Position numbers and translations under genes: made by a program | The notes under the pieces: model-generated | The model's input: only the letters and a program-made list of their open reading frames with translations | The model's database searches: none | What the model was told of the DNA's origin: nothing | In this document: piece by piece, positions 10,321 to 21,116 of the stretch | Position numbering within the stretch: position 1 is the first letter of the stretch | How the letters are laid out: the number at the start of each line of letters is the position of its first letter | Assembly (NCBI GenBank): GCA_963827655.1 | Contig: CAWHCF010000004.1 | Span: forward strand, 64,001 to 128,000 | Direction of reading: 5' to 3' | Length of the DNA stretch: 64,000 nucleotides | Origin: an uncultured Acidobacteriota bacterium | GTDB lineage: Bacteria > Acidobacteriota > UBA6911

Positions 10321-13300
10321 ATGTACAACCAATTCTCCAGTTTCAAACAGGCGGCACTTCCCCGCGCGGTTTTCGTGCTCACCGTTTTGACTCTAGCCGC
10401 TCAGGCATTGCCCGCCCAGACGCTCGACACGGGAATACTCGGCAAAGTGACCGATCCACCCGGATCCGTGATTCCCGGAGCGACCGTTACCATCACTCAG
10501 CCCGCCACAGGATTCACACGCTCGGTTACCACGACAGGCGATGGCGCCTACGAAGTCCGATACCTGCGGCCAGGAGAGTACACCCTCGAGGTCAGAATGC
10601 AGGGCTTTCGAACCGAGCGCCACACCGGCATCGTTCTTCAGCTGTCGCAGCTGGCCCGCATCGATGTCACGCTGCAGGTCGGCGAGATCAAAGAAACCGT
10701 GGAAGTGAGCGCGACTCCGCCATTGTTGCAGACGGAAAACGCGGTGCTGGGTGAAGTCGTCGGTAGCGAACGCGTGGTAAACCTGCCACTGAATGGTCGC
10801 AACTTTCTTCAACTCTCGGGTATTACACCCGGCGTCGTCGTCCGCGAGGAGGGCAACGCAGTCCGAACCCGCGTGATTGCCAACGGCTCCAGAGATATCT
10901 GGATGCAGGTGAATGTCAACGGCATCACGGCCGTGAATAATCGTCACAACTTCGTCAATTTCTATCCTTCGATCGATGCCATTCAGGAATTCAAGGTTCA
11001 GAGCGGAAACTACTCGTCCGAGTATGGGGGAAATTCGGGGGCCAACATTAACGTCCAGCTCAAGCCTGGAACCAACCAGTTTCGCGGCAGCATCTTCGAG
11101 TTCCTGAGAAATGACAAGCTGGATGCCCGCGGATACTTCCGTCCCGAGCCTCTGCCGAAAGATATCCTGCGGCGCAATCAGTTCGGCACCGTTGTATCGG
11201 GACCCATCCGCAAGGACAAAACCTTTTTCATGGCGGGCTACGAAGGCATGCGGTCTGTGATTGAGCGCGCGGGTACCTCGATCGTCTTGACGCCGGAGCA
11301 GCGGCGCGGCGATTTCTCGACGACTCCCACGCCTGTCATCGATCCGCTCAGCGGCGCCCCTTTCCCGGGAAACATCATTCCTTCCAACCGGCTCGATCCG
11401 GTATCGGTTAACATTATCAACAACTATATGCCTCTGCCGAATGTAGCGGGGGCGGTGAACTATGCCGGAGTCACCCGGGACATCGTCGATATCGACCAGG
11501 GAATCGCCCGGATAGATCACTACTTCAGTCCGCAAGACCAGCTTGCGTTCCATTACATTTATTCGGCCCGAGATTATCCCAACGTCGAATTGAATCCCTT
11601 TTTTTTCTACAGCGCTACCTTCCCGAATAGCAGCCTCGGAATCCAGCACGTCCACACTTTCAGTCCCAGCTTATTAAACGAGTTCAGATTCGGATGGCAC
11701 AAGGGCGATACTGAGAAGTTGAGCCCGAGGACCAATACCGATTTTCGCATTGAAGATCTCGGTATCAACGGCTTGAAAGTGGGGGGCCCTGACGGCCGCC
11801 CGCTCCGGCCGGATGAACAAGGTTTTCCCGTGCTCAACATCGAGGGCTTCCTCAGCATGGGAGACAGCCAGGCGTCTTCGAATCTGGACAACAGCCGGAC
11901 TTATCAGATGGTAGACAATTTCAGTTTCATCCGTGGCGCCCACTCCATGAAAATGGGGTTCGACCTGCGGCGTCACCTGGATGATGCGACCACGAACAAC
12001 TGGCCATTTTCAAATATGGCTTTCACTCGGGATATCGCGGGGTTCGGGGCCGCGTCATTCATGCTGGGCTACCCGCGCACGGTCCTGACTCCGGAAGGGG
12101 TGCCGATTTCGAAAGTCCGGCAATGGCGCTGGGGGGTTTATTTCCAGGACGACTGGAAAGTCACGCAAAATCTGACGCTGAATCTCGGGGTCCGCTATGA
12201 TCTGTTCGGTCTGCCCAAAGAAATCAACGGAGTCAGTCGCACTCTGCGCTTCGACCTGGACCCGTCCGGTCCGGTGCTGTGGCCCGAGCCCGGCCAGGTC
12301 GTCGATCTCTGGCTCAACGAGTATAACTACGTCAGCCCGCGATTCGGTTTTGCCTGGCGCATGGGTGACAAGACCGTGGCCCGAGGGGGCTACGGAATTT
12401 TCCGCACCGCGGCGCATTTTGACAATGTCAATATTCTGCAGCTGAACCCTGGAGCCGGCGCCAGTCTCACCATCACCAATGGTGCCCTCAACCCGGTAGC
12501 CACCATTCAGAATCCCGTTCCCCGGGAACTTTTTCCTCAGAACCCGATATACAATGTGGTCACACTGCCCGAAGACCGGAAGCGGCGCAACGCCTACGTG
12601 CAGAACTGGAACCTTCAGCTTTCACGGCAGATCACCGGGAATGATCTTATCGAAGTAGGTTGGGTTGGAAGCAAGGGAACTTTTCTGGACACCAGCTTGA
12701 ACAACTACAACAATCCTCTCCCGAGCCTGCTGCCGTTCGACCAGGCGCGCAGGCCGTATCCGCAGTACAACCGCATCCGGATGATCGTGGCCGACGGCAA
12801 CAGCATTTATCATTCGTTGCAAAGCCGCTACGAACACCGGTTCTCAAAAGGGTTGAGCTTCACGGGCGCCTACACCTGGTCGCACCTGACCGACGACAGC
12901 GGACAGTCGGTCAATCGAGGAGCCTGTCAATGCCAGGATCCGCGCAATCGCGGCCGCGCCGAACGGGCCGACGGGCTCGAAGATTTCCGCCACCGGCTGG
13001 CCGCTGGTTATATGTGGGAACTTCCGTGGGGCGAAGGCTTATCAGGCTTCGCGGGAGCCTTCCTGGGCGGTTGGCAAGCAGGGGGTATCATCAACTTCCA
13101 GAGCGGCTCACCTTTCAACATAATTCAGAGCGGCGACACCCAGAACGTGGAATTTTCAGGCTGGTCGAGGCCCGATGTCCTTTCCGGCGTCGATCCCAGG
13201 CTCTCTGACCCCGATCCGTCGAACTGGTTTAACACGGCCGCTTTTTCACGAAGCGTCGGAAGATTCGGAACGGCTCCTCGAAACACGCTGGTCGGCCCGG

Positions 13301-13516
13301 GACTCAACACGTTCGATCTCTCGCTCTCAAAAACCTTCAAGATGCCGTATGCCACATCGCACGAACTGCTCTTCCGGACCGAATTCTTTAACGCCTTCAA
13401 CTCTCCTCAGTTTGCGCAATCCAGGCAGCACGCTTGGGACGGGAACATTCGGCCGGGTCACCGGAACCAGGGCTGACAACCGGCAGATTCAATTTGCGTT
13501 GAAGTACTTGTTTTGA
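10321..13516 (+). CDS. TonB-dependent receptor (Oar-like, carboxypeptidase-regulatory N-domain), frameshift near 13418
   Basis: LPLNGRNFLQL, DAIQEFKVQ, YFQDDWKVTQNLTLNLGVRYD. The true C-terminus RQIQFALKYLF lies in the alternate frame ending at 13516. Confidence 0.92.
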
Positions 13517-13544
13517 ACGTATGGGGTGCGGTACCAACCACTAA

Positions 13545-13775
13545 GGGTTCGCGCAGAAATAAGTTCGCATTCTGCTGCAGGCCCCCAGGCCCGCTGGCGA
13601 GGCGCGAGCGACGATGCGTACCCGGCGCGGTACGTGAGGAGCGAGCAACAAAGCCAGCAGGGCTGCGGGCCGCAGCCCGAAGGAGCGCGATCCTCAGCAT
13701 GCTTAGCAAACAGAAACCGGTTTATGATTGACGCCGGATTGCGCGCCAGAATGTGAAGTTATTTCTGCGCGAGCC
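13545..13775 (+). mobile_element. MITE copy 1 (IS5-like non-autonomous element)
   Basis: TIRs GGGTTCGCGCAGAAATAAGTTCGCATTCTG and CAGAATGTGAAGTTATTTCTGCGCGAGCC, flanked by TAA on both sides. Confidence 0.85.
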
Positions 13776-13984
13776 TAAGACTCGAAGACACGAAGAAACG
13801 CTAAGAACCAGCCTAGGGGAAGGACTGCCTACTGCTTACTGCCTACTGCTTTTGATAGACAAAGGTCGGCGAATCGGGTACATGCTAGTGGCCTGTCGAG
13901 GAGTATCCAGGGAAGATGGTCTTGGTGACTATTCTTCGCTACGTCTGGTTGAGTCTTCGCGGTATGCCGCTCGAGGAGGACTGA

Positions 13985-15376
13985 ATGCCTATATCAAGAC
14001 TGCTTTCGAGCCGACGGCGTTTCTTTCAGTACAGCGGCCTGGTTGGCGCCCTGAGCGCTCTTCCCGGCGGTCATCGCCTGGCGCTGGCCTGGGCTTCCGA
14101 ACGGGCCCAGGAGTCGATGAAGGTGTACACCAGCATCGGCCTGCGGCCGATCATCAACGCTTCCGGAACCTATACTCATCTGGGCGGGTCGCTGATGCCG
14201 CCCGAGGTGATTGCGGCGATGAATGACGCCGCCAAACACTACGTGCCCATTCGTGATCTCACCAAAGCCACAGGCGAGCGCATCGCACAGCTCACGGGCA
14301 ACCCGGCCGCGCTGGTTACCACCGGGGCCGCGGGAGCTATTTTCGTCGGTACCGCGGCGTGCCTCGCGGGCGACGACCCTGACAAGATGAAACGGCTCCC
14401 GTTTACCGATGGCATGAAGAATGAAGTCGTTCTCCAGAAACTGCACAACACCGGCTGGACACGGCAATGCGAGGCAGCCGGAGCGCGCCTGATCGAGGTG
14501 GAGGAAAAGGATCAGCTGGATCGCGCCATTACCGGCAAGACCGCCATGATCTATTTTCTGGTGGCCGACAAGCACTTCGGGAAGTATCGCGACATGCCCG
14601 ACGCGCCGGGCGGCAAGATCTCGCTCCAGGAGTGCGTGGAGATCTCGCGGCGCGCGCGGATCCCGCTGCTCGTTGATGCGGCCGCCGAGTTGCCGCCATT
14701 CGAGAATCTCGCCGGCTACACGAAAATGGGGGTCGACCTGGTCGCCTTCAGCGGCGGTAAAGGATTGCGAGGGCCGCAGAATGCCGGGCTGCTGGTAGGG
14801 CGCAAGGACCTGATCGACCTCGCGGTTCAGTTTCAAAGCCCCTACAGCGGCATCGGTCGCGCTCTGAAAATCTCCAAGGAAACCATGATCGGTATGGTGG
14901 CCGCGGTCGAGCGTTACGTCAAAACCGATCACACTGCGGAGTGGAATTACTGGAAATCACAGATCGACTACATCAAGAGCGTGGTGGAGAAGGTTCCGGG
15001 CGTGGAAGCCGGCTACGTACCACGGGAGGTAACCAACCACGTGCCGCGCCTGTGGGTCAAGTGGGACGAGAAAACTTACAACTTCTCCCGCGAGGATTGT
15101 TTCAAAGCGCTGCAGGAGGGCGAGCCGAGCATCGTGGCGTTGCGTACCCCGATGGGCGTGACCATCGTTACCTGGATGATGGTTCCCGGGGAGGAGAAGG
15201 TAGTGGCGAGTCGATTGAAGGAAGTGCTCGAGAGCGCGAAGCGGTCGGCCCATCAACGTCCGCCGCGCACCGAACAGGAGCTGGCCGCTCGCTTCGAACT
15301 GGATAATCCCATTGACCAATGGGACCCGGCCGCCGATGGTCTGATCGGGCCGGTAAATGGGCTGCAGGCGCGGTAA
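13985..15376 (+). CDS. SelA-like/DgaE-family PLP-dependent enzyme with Tat signal
   Basis: SRRRFF signal; IINASGTYTHLGGSLMP, VDAAAE, FSGGKGLRGPQ motifs. Confidence 0.85.
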   Translation: MPISRLLSSRRRFFQYSGLVGALSALPGGHRLALAWASERAQESMKVYTSIGLRPIINASGTYTHLGGSLMPPEVIAAMNDAAKHYVPIRDLTKATGERIAQLTGNPAALVTTGAAGAIFVGTAACLAGDDPDKMKRLPFTDGMKNEVVLQKLHNTGWTRQCEAAGARLIEVEEKDQLDRAITGKTAMIYFLVADKHFGKYRDMPDAPGGKISLQECVEISRRARIPLLVDAAAELPPFENLAGYTKMGVDLVAFSGGKGLRGPQNAGLLVGRKDLIDLAVQFQSPYSGIGRALKISKETMIGMVAAVERYVKTDHTAEWNYWKSQIDYIKSVVEKVPGVEAGYVPREVTNHVPRLWVKWDEKTYNFSREDCFKALQEGEPSIVALRTPMGVTIVTWMMVPGEEKVVASRLKEVLESAKRSAHQRPPRTEQELAARFELDNPIDQWDPAADGLIGPVNGLQAR

Positions 15377-15501
15377 TCGACGCGGACAGGCCGTTAGCAT
15401 CCGGTTCTCCGAGATCGGATGTTGCACTTGTCAGAGTAAGCCATCCCGCTGCATAACAGTGGAAGCGTTTGTGTTCCCAGAACCTTAAAAGGAGCGAGAC
15501 T

Positions 15502-16596
15502 ATGAATCGCCGAGAATTTGTTTCTTCGCTTGCCGCCGCGGGCGTCGCGCCGCTCAGCTCGGCAGGCGCGCCGGCTCAACCGGCAACCCGCGGGCGCGCG
15601 CTTATGAAGCTAGGCTGTCAAAGTTCGCCGACTTCGGAAAAGCGGCTCCAGTTTTTCAAGCGCCACTCCGTCAATAACATTTGCGGCTATCCGGAGGAGT
15701 CTGCGGAACGGGGTTACCCGACCGTAGAGGAGCTGACGCAGCTCCGGGAGCGCGCCGAGAAACACGGCGTCAGTATCGACATGGTGGCGCCCTCGTTTCT
15801 TGCGTCGAGCCACATCGATCGCACCAAGCGCCCGGCCATCATGCTGGGCCAAAATCCGGAACGGGACCGCGATATCGAATCCATTCAAAAACTGATCCAG
15901 AACTGCGCCAAGGCGGGCATTCCGGCCATCAAATACAACATGAGCCTCCTCGGCGTGCTGCGGACCGAACGAACGCCGGGGCGCGGTGGCTCCACCTATA
16001 GCACCTGGCGACTCAAGGAAGCCAAACCGGAGCGTCCTCTTACGCGGGCAGGAACCGTCAAGGCGGACCTTTACTGGGAACGAATCACCTACTTTCTTGA
16101 ACGAGTGATTCCGGTTGCAGCGGAAAACAAGATTCGCATGGCCTGTCACCCTCACGATCCAGGCGTCCCGCCGGAGGGCTACCAGGGCGTGGATGCCGTG
16201 CTCGGGACGGTCGACGGACTCAAGAAGTTCATCGCTATCAAGGAGAGTCCTTACCACGGATTAAACTTTTGCCAGGGAACGGTCTCGGAAATGCTCCAGG
16301 ATCCGGGCAAGGAGATCTTCGATGTGATCCGTTATTTCGGTTCGCGCAAGAAGATCTTCAACGTTCATTTCCGGAACATTCGCGGGAAGCGCGACAGTTT
16401 TCAGGAGGTCTATCCGGACGAAGGCGATATCGACTTTGCCAAGGCCATGATGGTCTACAAGGAGGTCGGGTATCCGTACATGATGATGCCCGATCATGTT
16501 CCGAATCATCCCGACGATCCTGGCGGTTCGCAAGCATTCGCGTTTGCGTACGGGTATATCCGCGCCCTGATTCAGGCGGTCGATGCCATGGCTTGA
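15502..16596 (+). CDS. uxuA: Mannonate dehydratase (UxuA family) with Tat signal
   Basis: MNRREFV signal; YFLERVIPVA, HPHDP, NFCQGT, VHFRN, MPDHVP motifs. Confidence 0.85.
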   Translation: MNRREFVSSLAAAGVAPLSSAGAPAQPATRGRALMKLGCQSSPTSEKRLQFFKRHSVNNICGYPEESAERGYPTVEELTQLRERAEKHGVSIDMVAPSFLASSHIDRTKRPAIMLGQNPERDRDIESIQKLIQNCAKAGIPAIKYNMSLLGVLRTERTPGRGGSTYSTWRLKEAKPERPLTRAGTVKADLYWERITYFLERVIPVAAENKIRMACHPHDPGVPPEGYQGVDAVLGTVDGLKKFIAIKESPYHGLNFCQGTVSEMLQDPGKEIFDVIRYFGSRKKIFNVHFRNIRGKRDSFQEVYPDEGDIDFAKAMMVYKEVGYPYMMMPDHVPNHPDDPGGSQAFAFAYGYIRALIQAVDAMA

Positions 16597-16660
16597 GTCT
16601 CTCGCGTCGCGATCGCTTGATGCGCCGAGCTGACCGCGAAAACCAAGACGGGAAGCCCGG

Positions 16661-17854
16661 TCAATTAACTGCCAGGAACTTGACGCACACGGGCGAGCCG
16701 ACTTCGAGAACCTGGCCGGTCGGCGTCAGGCGCCCCGTCTTCGGGTTGATGGCGAAAACGACGATGGTGTTGGAATTCTGATTGGCCGCCAGAAGGTAAG
16801 AACCGGTCGGGTCAATGCCGAAATTGCGGGGCGTCTTTCCTTGCGTCGAGACTTGCTCGATCGACGTAAGGGTGCCTTTGTTGGAATCGATCGCAAACAC
16901 GGCGATGCTGTCGTGACCGCGATTCGATCCGTAGAGAAACTTTCCGGTCGGATGAACTTGCACCTCGGCCGTCGAGTTATTTCCCTGAAAATTCTCCGGC
17001 AGCGTCGAGATGGTTTGAAGCTCCTTGAAGGCGCCGCGGCTCGCTTCGTAAGCGAGCGAGGTCACGGTGGACTGGATTTCGTTGATCACATAGCCAAATC
17101 GGCCGTCCGGATGAAAAGCAAAGTGCCTGGGACCCGCGCCAGGATTGAGCCTGGCAAAGGCTGGATCATTGGGTACTAAAGAGCCTTTCACAGGATCGAA
17201 GGCGTAGACCAGCAATTGATCGAGGCCGAGATCGGCCGCCACGGCAAAGCGGTTGTCGTGCGAGAGATTGATCGAGTGAGCGTGCGGAGCCTGCTGGCGC
17301 TTCGGATTCACACTGGACCCGGTGTGCTGGACAAACGCGGAGGCTTCACCCAGCCGTCCGTCGTCCCTGACCGGTACTGCAACCACACTACCTCCGCCGT
17401 AGTTGGCCGCGAGCAAGCTCTTGCCGGATTTGTCCACTGCGACGTAGCAGGGTCCGGCGCCCCGTGAGGAGACCGTGTTCAGGACCGTGAGCTTGCCGGT
17501 CGAGGGCTCGATCGCATAACCGGTCAGGCTGCCACCCGCCTTGCCTTCGTAATTTGGGGTCTCGTTCGCCGCGTAAAGAAATTTGCCGTTCGGATGCAGC
17601 GTGAGAAACGAAGGGTTGATGGACTCGGCAGCAAGTGCAAGCGCGCTCAACTTGCCCGTCGCTGCATCCAGCCGGCAGGCGTAGATCCCCTTGCTGTTCT
17701 CGCGCGTATAGGTGCCGATGTATACCAGGTACTCGCGCGACCCGGCGCTCTTTTGTGCGCCAGGACTGCAGGGAACGAGGAAGGGGAGTGTGCCTAACAA
17801 CGCCAGAAAGCGACCGTATCTCCGAAGGTTTTTCATGGTCTTATTAGAGCGCAT
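16661..17854 (-). CDS. pgl: 6-phosphogluconolactonase / lactonase family 7-blade propeller, exported
   Basis: YIGTYT, NPSFL, ANYGGGS, PHAHS, GAGPRH, SNRGHDSI, GKTPRNF motifs. Confidence 0.9.
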   Translation of the reverse strand: MRSNKTMKNLRRYGRFLALLGTLPFLVPCSPGAQKSAGSREYLVYIGTYTRENSKGIYACRLDAATGKLSALALAAESINPSFLTLHPNGKFLYAANETPNYEGKAGGSLTGYAIEPSTGKLTVLNTVSSRGAGPCYVAVDKSGKSLLAANYGGGSVVAVPVRDDGRLGEASAFVQHTGSSVNPKRQQAPHAHSINLSHDNRFAVAADLGLDQLLVYAFDPVKGSLVPNDPAFARLNPGAGPRHFAFHPDGRFGYVINEIQSTVTSLAYEASRGAFKELQTISTLPENFQGNNSTAEVQVHPTGKFLYGSNRGHDSIAVFAIDSNKGTLTSIEQVSTQGKTPRNFGIDPTGSYLLAANQNSNTIVVFAINPKTGRLTPTGQVLEVGSPVCVKFLAVN

Positions 17855-17963
17855 CGGAGACCACGGCGCAAGCGTTCCTTCGCGTCTTCAAGGCTGGCAC
17901 TAACCGCGAGGACGCGAGGACACCAAGAAACGCAAAGCATCTCAATGGGAAGGTTGGGCTCGC

Positions 17964-18482
17964 ATGCGCGTTCCGCTTTTCGTCTGTCACGCGAACTGCT
18001 GTCGCTCGGTTCTGGCTCATTATCTGTACGAGAATTTGGGCCGCGGCGCCCGCGCGCTGTCGGCCGGTGTCGAAGCCGGCCATGAACTCAACGATCGCGC
18101 TGACGCTATGCTGCGCCGGTGGGGGATCGATGCCAGCGGCCATCGTCCACGGCAACTCGATCGTTCCCTGTGCGACCGCAGTGATGCCATCCTGGTCATG
18201 AGCCCCAAACACCTGGCCCGCATCCTGGCCGAATACGGCCGCGATCTGGCGTCAAAATCCTACCTGTTCGCAGACCCGTACACTATGCCTGTTGGATTTC
18301 TGAACGGCGAGTATCATGTGTACGATCCGTCTTTCGAGAACCGGCCCATCGGCGATTTGACAGCCGATTTCCACTGGTTTCACGATCGCGTCCTTGAAGT
18401 CTTTTCGACACTGAATCAACAGGGCCGTGCCTTTGTCCCGGCAAGTCGCTACTTGAACCTGCTGGAGAGGCTACCGGCTTAG
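17964..18482 (+). CDS. Low-molecular-weight phosphatase / arsenate reductase-like protein
   Basis: P-loop FVCHANCCRS, SAGV, GIDASGHRPRQL, YDP acid loop. Confidence 0.8.
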   Translation: MRVPLFVCHANCCRSVLAHYLYENLGRGARALSAGVEAGHELNDRADAMLRRWGIDASGHRPRQLDRSLCDRSDAILVMSPKHLARILAEYGRDLASKSYLFADPYTMPVGFLNGEYHVYDPSFENRPIGDLTADFHWFHDRVLEVFSTLNQQGRAFVPASRYLNLLERLPA

Positions 18483-18505
18483 GGTTTTCGAAGCGGAAGT
18501 CTACG

Positions 18506-19321
18506 TCATCCAGTCACAAGCTCTTTGGCCCGCTGTGTTGCCTTAACCACTGCTTTTATCAGGGCAACCCGCAAGCCGCCGTCTTCCAGCTCCAGGATTC
18601 CATCGATCGTGCATCCGGCGGGCGTCGTGACGATGTCCTTCAGTTTCGCCGGATGTTCGCCCGTCTCGAGTACCATGCTTGAAGCGCCCAGCACCATTTG
18701 CGCTGCCAGCTGGGTTGCTACTTCGCGCGGCAACCCCACCTTCACCCCGCCGTCAACGAACGATTCAATAATGATATAGACGAATGCCGGCCCGCTGGCA
18801 CTCAAGCCCGTGACTGCGTCCATGTGCTTTTCATCCAGGATCAAGGAGCGGCCGATTGCATTGAAGATCATGCGAGCTTGCGAAATGTGGTCGGCCGAAG
18901 CGTGCCTGCCAGGCGCGATCGCGCTCATGCCCTGCTTGATGAGGCAAGGTGTGTTCGGCATCGTACGGATAACTGGAATGGGCTTGTCGAGCAGGTTTTC
19001 GATGAATCGCGTGGTGACGCTGGCAGCGACCGAGATGAGCAGATGGCTGGGTGTCAGATCATCCGAGATCTGGCGCAGCACTTCTTCCACGGTCTGCGGC
19101 TTTACACAAAGGAGCGCAAGCTGCGACTTGCGCACCGCTTCGCCGTTGGACAAAGTGGTCTCAATGCCGAGCCTGGCTCGAATCTGTTCGAGCCTTTCGG
19201 CGTGAGCCGCCGTTGCGATGAATTGACTCTTCGCAACGATGCCGGCATCAAGCATTCCAGTGATCAGCGCCTCCCCCAGCTTGCCCGCGCCCAGAACCGC
19301 GATCTTCTTGTTCTCAAACAT
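18506..19321 (-). CDS. proC: Pyrroline-5-carboxylate reductase
   Basis: GAGKLG, LCVKPQ, RTMPNTP, TGLSASGPAF, VTTPAGCTI motifs. Confidence 0.95.
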   Translation of the reverse strand: MFENKKIAVLGAGKLGEALITGMLDAGIVAKSQFIATAAHAERLEQIRARLGIETTLSNGEAVRKSQLALLCVKPQTVEEVLRQISDDLTPSHLLISVAASVTTRFIENLLDKPIPVIRTMPNTPCLIKQGMSAIAPGRHASADHISQARMIFNAIGRSLILDEKHMDAVTGLSASGPAFVYIIIESFVDGGVKVGLPREVATQLAAQMVLGASSMVLETGEHPAKLKDIVTTPAGCTIDGILELEDGGLRVALIKAVVKATQRAKELVTG

Positions 19322-19338
19322 GCTGTCACCCAAAACTA

Positions 19339-19498
19339 AGTAAAAAGTCAAAAGTGCTGAGTAAAAAGTGACTTTCTACTCAGCACCAATTCGCTGGAGT
19401 ATATCAAAGCAGTAGGCAGTAAGCAGAACGGAGTAAAAAGTGCTGAGTAGAAAGTCGCCACCACTTTTTGACTCAGCACTTTTTACTTTTTACTGAGT
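19339..19498. repeat. Nested direct/inverted heptamer arrays (AGTNNNN phase, plus GCAGTAG units)
   Basis: agtaaaa-agtcaaa-agtgctg-agtaaaa-agtg / actttct-actcagc ... gcagtag-gcagtaa-gcag ... agtaaaa-agtgctg-agtagaa / actcagc-acttttt-acttttt. Confidence 0.85.
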
Positions 19499-20433
19499 AT
19501 TGGCAGAAAGAAAATCCCCACCAGGTCGGCCACGATCATGAGCGCGGAGGTGGCCAGAGCAATGGTCAGCGCAATATCCGAAGGAACCTCGAGCAGCGCC
19601 AGTCCCTCGACGTAAGCCCATTCGCGAATGCCGAGACCACCAAGGCTGATGGGAAGCATTGTGACCACGGCGATGAGCGGGAATAAAGCCGAGAAGGCCA
19701 CGAGGTCCACCGGATTTCCGGCGGCCACCGAAACCTGCTGAAGCGTCCAGAGAACCAGTCCTGAGTTGAAAAAAGAAATCGCGACGATTTGTATCCAGCT
19801 ACCGGCGGACCCGCGAACATTGGTCAGTGAATCGTGAAAACTTGCCAGCAAAGCCAGGCCTCTCTGAAACAGACTCCGGGATCCGGCGGTGAGATACTTG
19901 CGATAGACAAGATCTCCCTTCCAGATGAGCCACAGCAATAGTGCGATTCCGATCCAAACCAATCCGTACACGAGCCAGAGCGGGAGTCCGCGCCAGGTCA
20001 GCGGACAAAGAAGCACAGCCCCCGATCCGTAGATCAGCAGCGAGATCAATCCCACCGCCCGATCTTGCAGAACGGAAGCAAACCCGTTATGAAGGGCGTT
20101 TCCAGTCTTTCGGCTTATGAGGTAGGCTTTGACCGTATCGCCGCCGACCAGTGAAGGCAGCCCTACGTTGAAGAGCATGCCGAGAAAGTAGATTTGAAAA
20201 AAGGTCGAGTAACTCTCCTGCATGCCCTGAACGGCGGCGAACAGGCGCCATCGCTGGGCGCAGAAGAGTTGACCGATCCAGGAGATGACAATAAGCAGCG
20301 CGAGACGATCGATCTGCAGCCGTCCGAGATCCTGTTTGATTTTCGAAGGGTCTACCGCGTGCAGAATCGCCGCCAGAAGTATGGCGGCGATCACAAATCG
20401 AAGCGTGAAGGCCGCTATTTTTTTACCGGGCAT
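19483..20433 (-). CDS. Lysylphosphatidylglycerol synthase TM domain (UPF0104, flippase-like) protein
   Basis: RWRL, FNVGLPSLVGGDTVK, DRAVGL, LPISLGGLGIRE motifs; multiple TM helices. Confidence 0.88.
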   Translation of the reverse strand: MPGKKIAAFTLRFVIAAILLAAILHAVDPSKIKQDLGRLQIDRLALLIVISWIGQLFCAQRWRLFAAVQGMQESYSTFFQIYFLGMLFNVGLPSLVGGDTVKAYLISRKTGNALHNGFASVLQDRAVGLISLLIYGSGAVLLCPLTWRGLPLWLVYGLVWIGIALLLWLIWKGDLVYRKYLTAGSRSLFQRGLALLASFHDSLTNVRGSAGSWIQIVAISFFNSGLVLWTLQQVSVAAGNPVDLVAFSALFPLIAVVTMLPISLGGLGIREWAYVEGLALLEVPSDIALTIALATSALMIVADLVGIFFLPILSKK

Positions 20434-20474
20434 AGGGCTTTGCGATCGTCAAGGTCTTTTCATCCCCGGCGGTT

Positions 20475-20903
20475 TCAAGGCGCGAAGACGACCTGCAGGC
20501 CCAGCCGGCTCATTCCACGCGGGATGATCGTCAGTTGCACCAGGAGCGCGCCTACATAGTCGCGAATCTCATAGATCTTCTCCAGTGACAGCTCGCCGCA
20601 TACCAGGATCAACCGGTGATTCCCCGACTGGTCGATCTCCAGCTCGCATTCGCCCGCATCCACCAGTTGGATCAGCCATGAGAGTCGCTCGAGCAGCGTC
20701 GGAGAATCGGTGGGCGATAATACAATGCGGTTAACGCCCTGTTTTGACAGCCAGATTTCCTGGTTATTGGCGTCGAACAGAATTCGAAGATCTTTCTTGC
20801 GGAGTTCGGCGGCCATCCCGATCTTGCCGACCAGTCCAAGACCCTGGTTGTAGTGATTGTCGCGGCACTGCACCAGGTCGCCTATCTTGAGATCCACTCG
20901 CAT
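20475..20903 (-). CDS. Hypothetical protein
   Basis: ATG with AGG upstream; MRVDLKIGDLVQCRD N-terminus looks SH3/KOW-like; coding-like composition. Confidence 0.65.
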   Translation of the reverse strand: MRVDLKIGDLVQCRDNHYNQGLGLVGKIGMAAELRKKDLRILFDANNQEIWLSKQGVNRIVLSPTDSPTLLERLSWLIQLVDAGECELEIDQSGNHRLILVCGELSLEKIYEIRDYVGALLVQLTIIPRGMSRLGLQVVFAP

Positions 20904-20933
20904 CCTCGCCGTTGAAGGAACGACATTGTAACC

Positions 20934-21000
20934 GATTGCAGATTGCGGATTGCAGATTGCGGATTGAAAAAACAAAGAAGGCGCTTGCTGATTGCGGATT
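20934..21000. repeat. Heptamer tandem repeat GATTGC(A/G)
   Basis: gattgca-gattgcg-gattgca-gattgcg-gattg, then gattgcggatt near 20990. Confidence 0.9.
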
Positions 21001-21116
21001 TTGCCGATTGAAGCGTCATCGGCGCTCCGACTGAAAACGGGGCTCTGCTTTTGATGAGCTAAGCGGCACCGGCGCCGCGAGGCGTTCTCCGGTGGCTTCT
21101 GCCTACTGCCTACTGC

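Noticed and set aside
13458-13756. Small ORFs with shared peptides (GSRRNKFAFCCRP, MIDRRLSRQNVKL) seen at several loci
   Set aside because: They are translations of MITE ends, not genes.
13985-15376. selA (selenocysteine synthase) call
   Set aside because: It has a Tat leader, no selB/selC context, and motifs that fit the DgaE/SelA-like subgroup.
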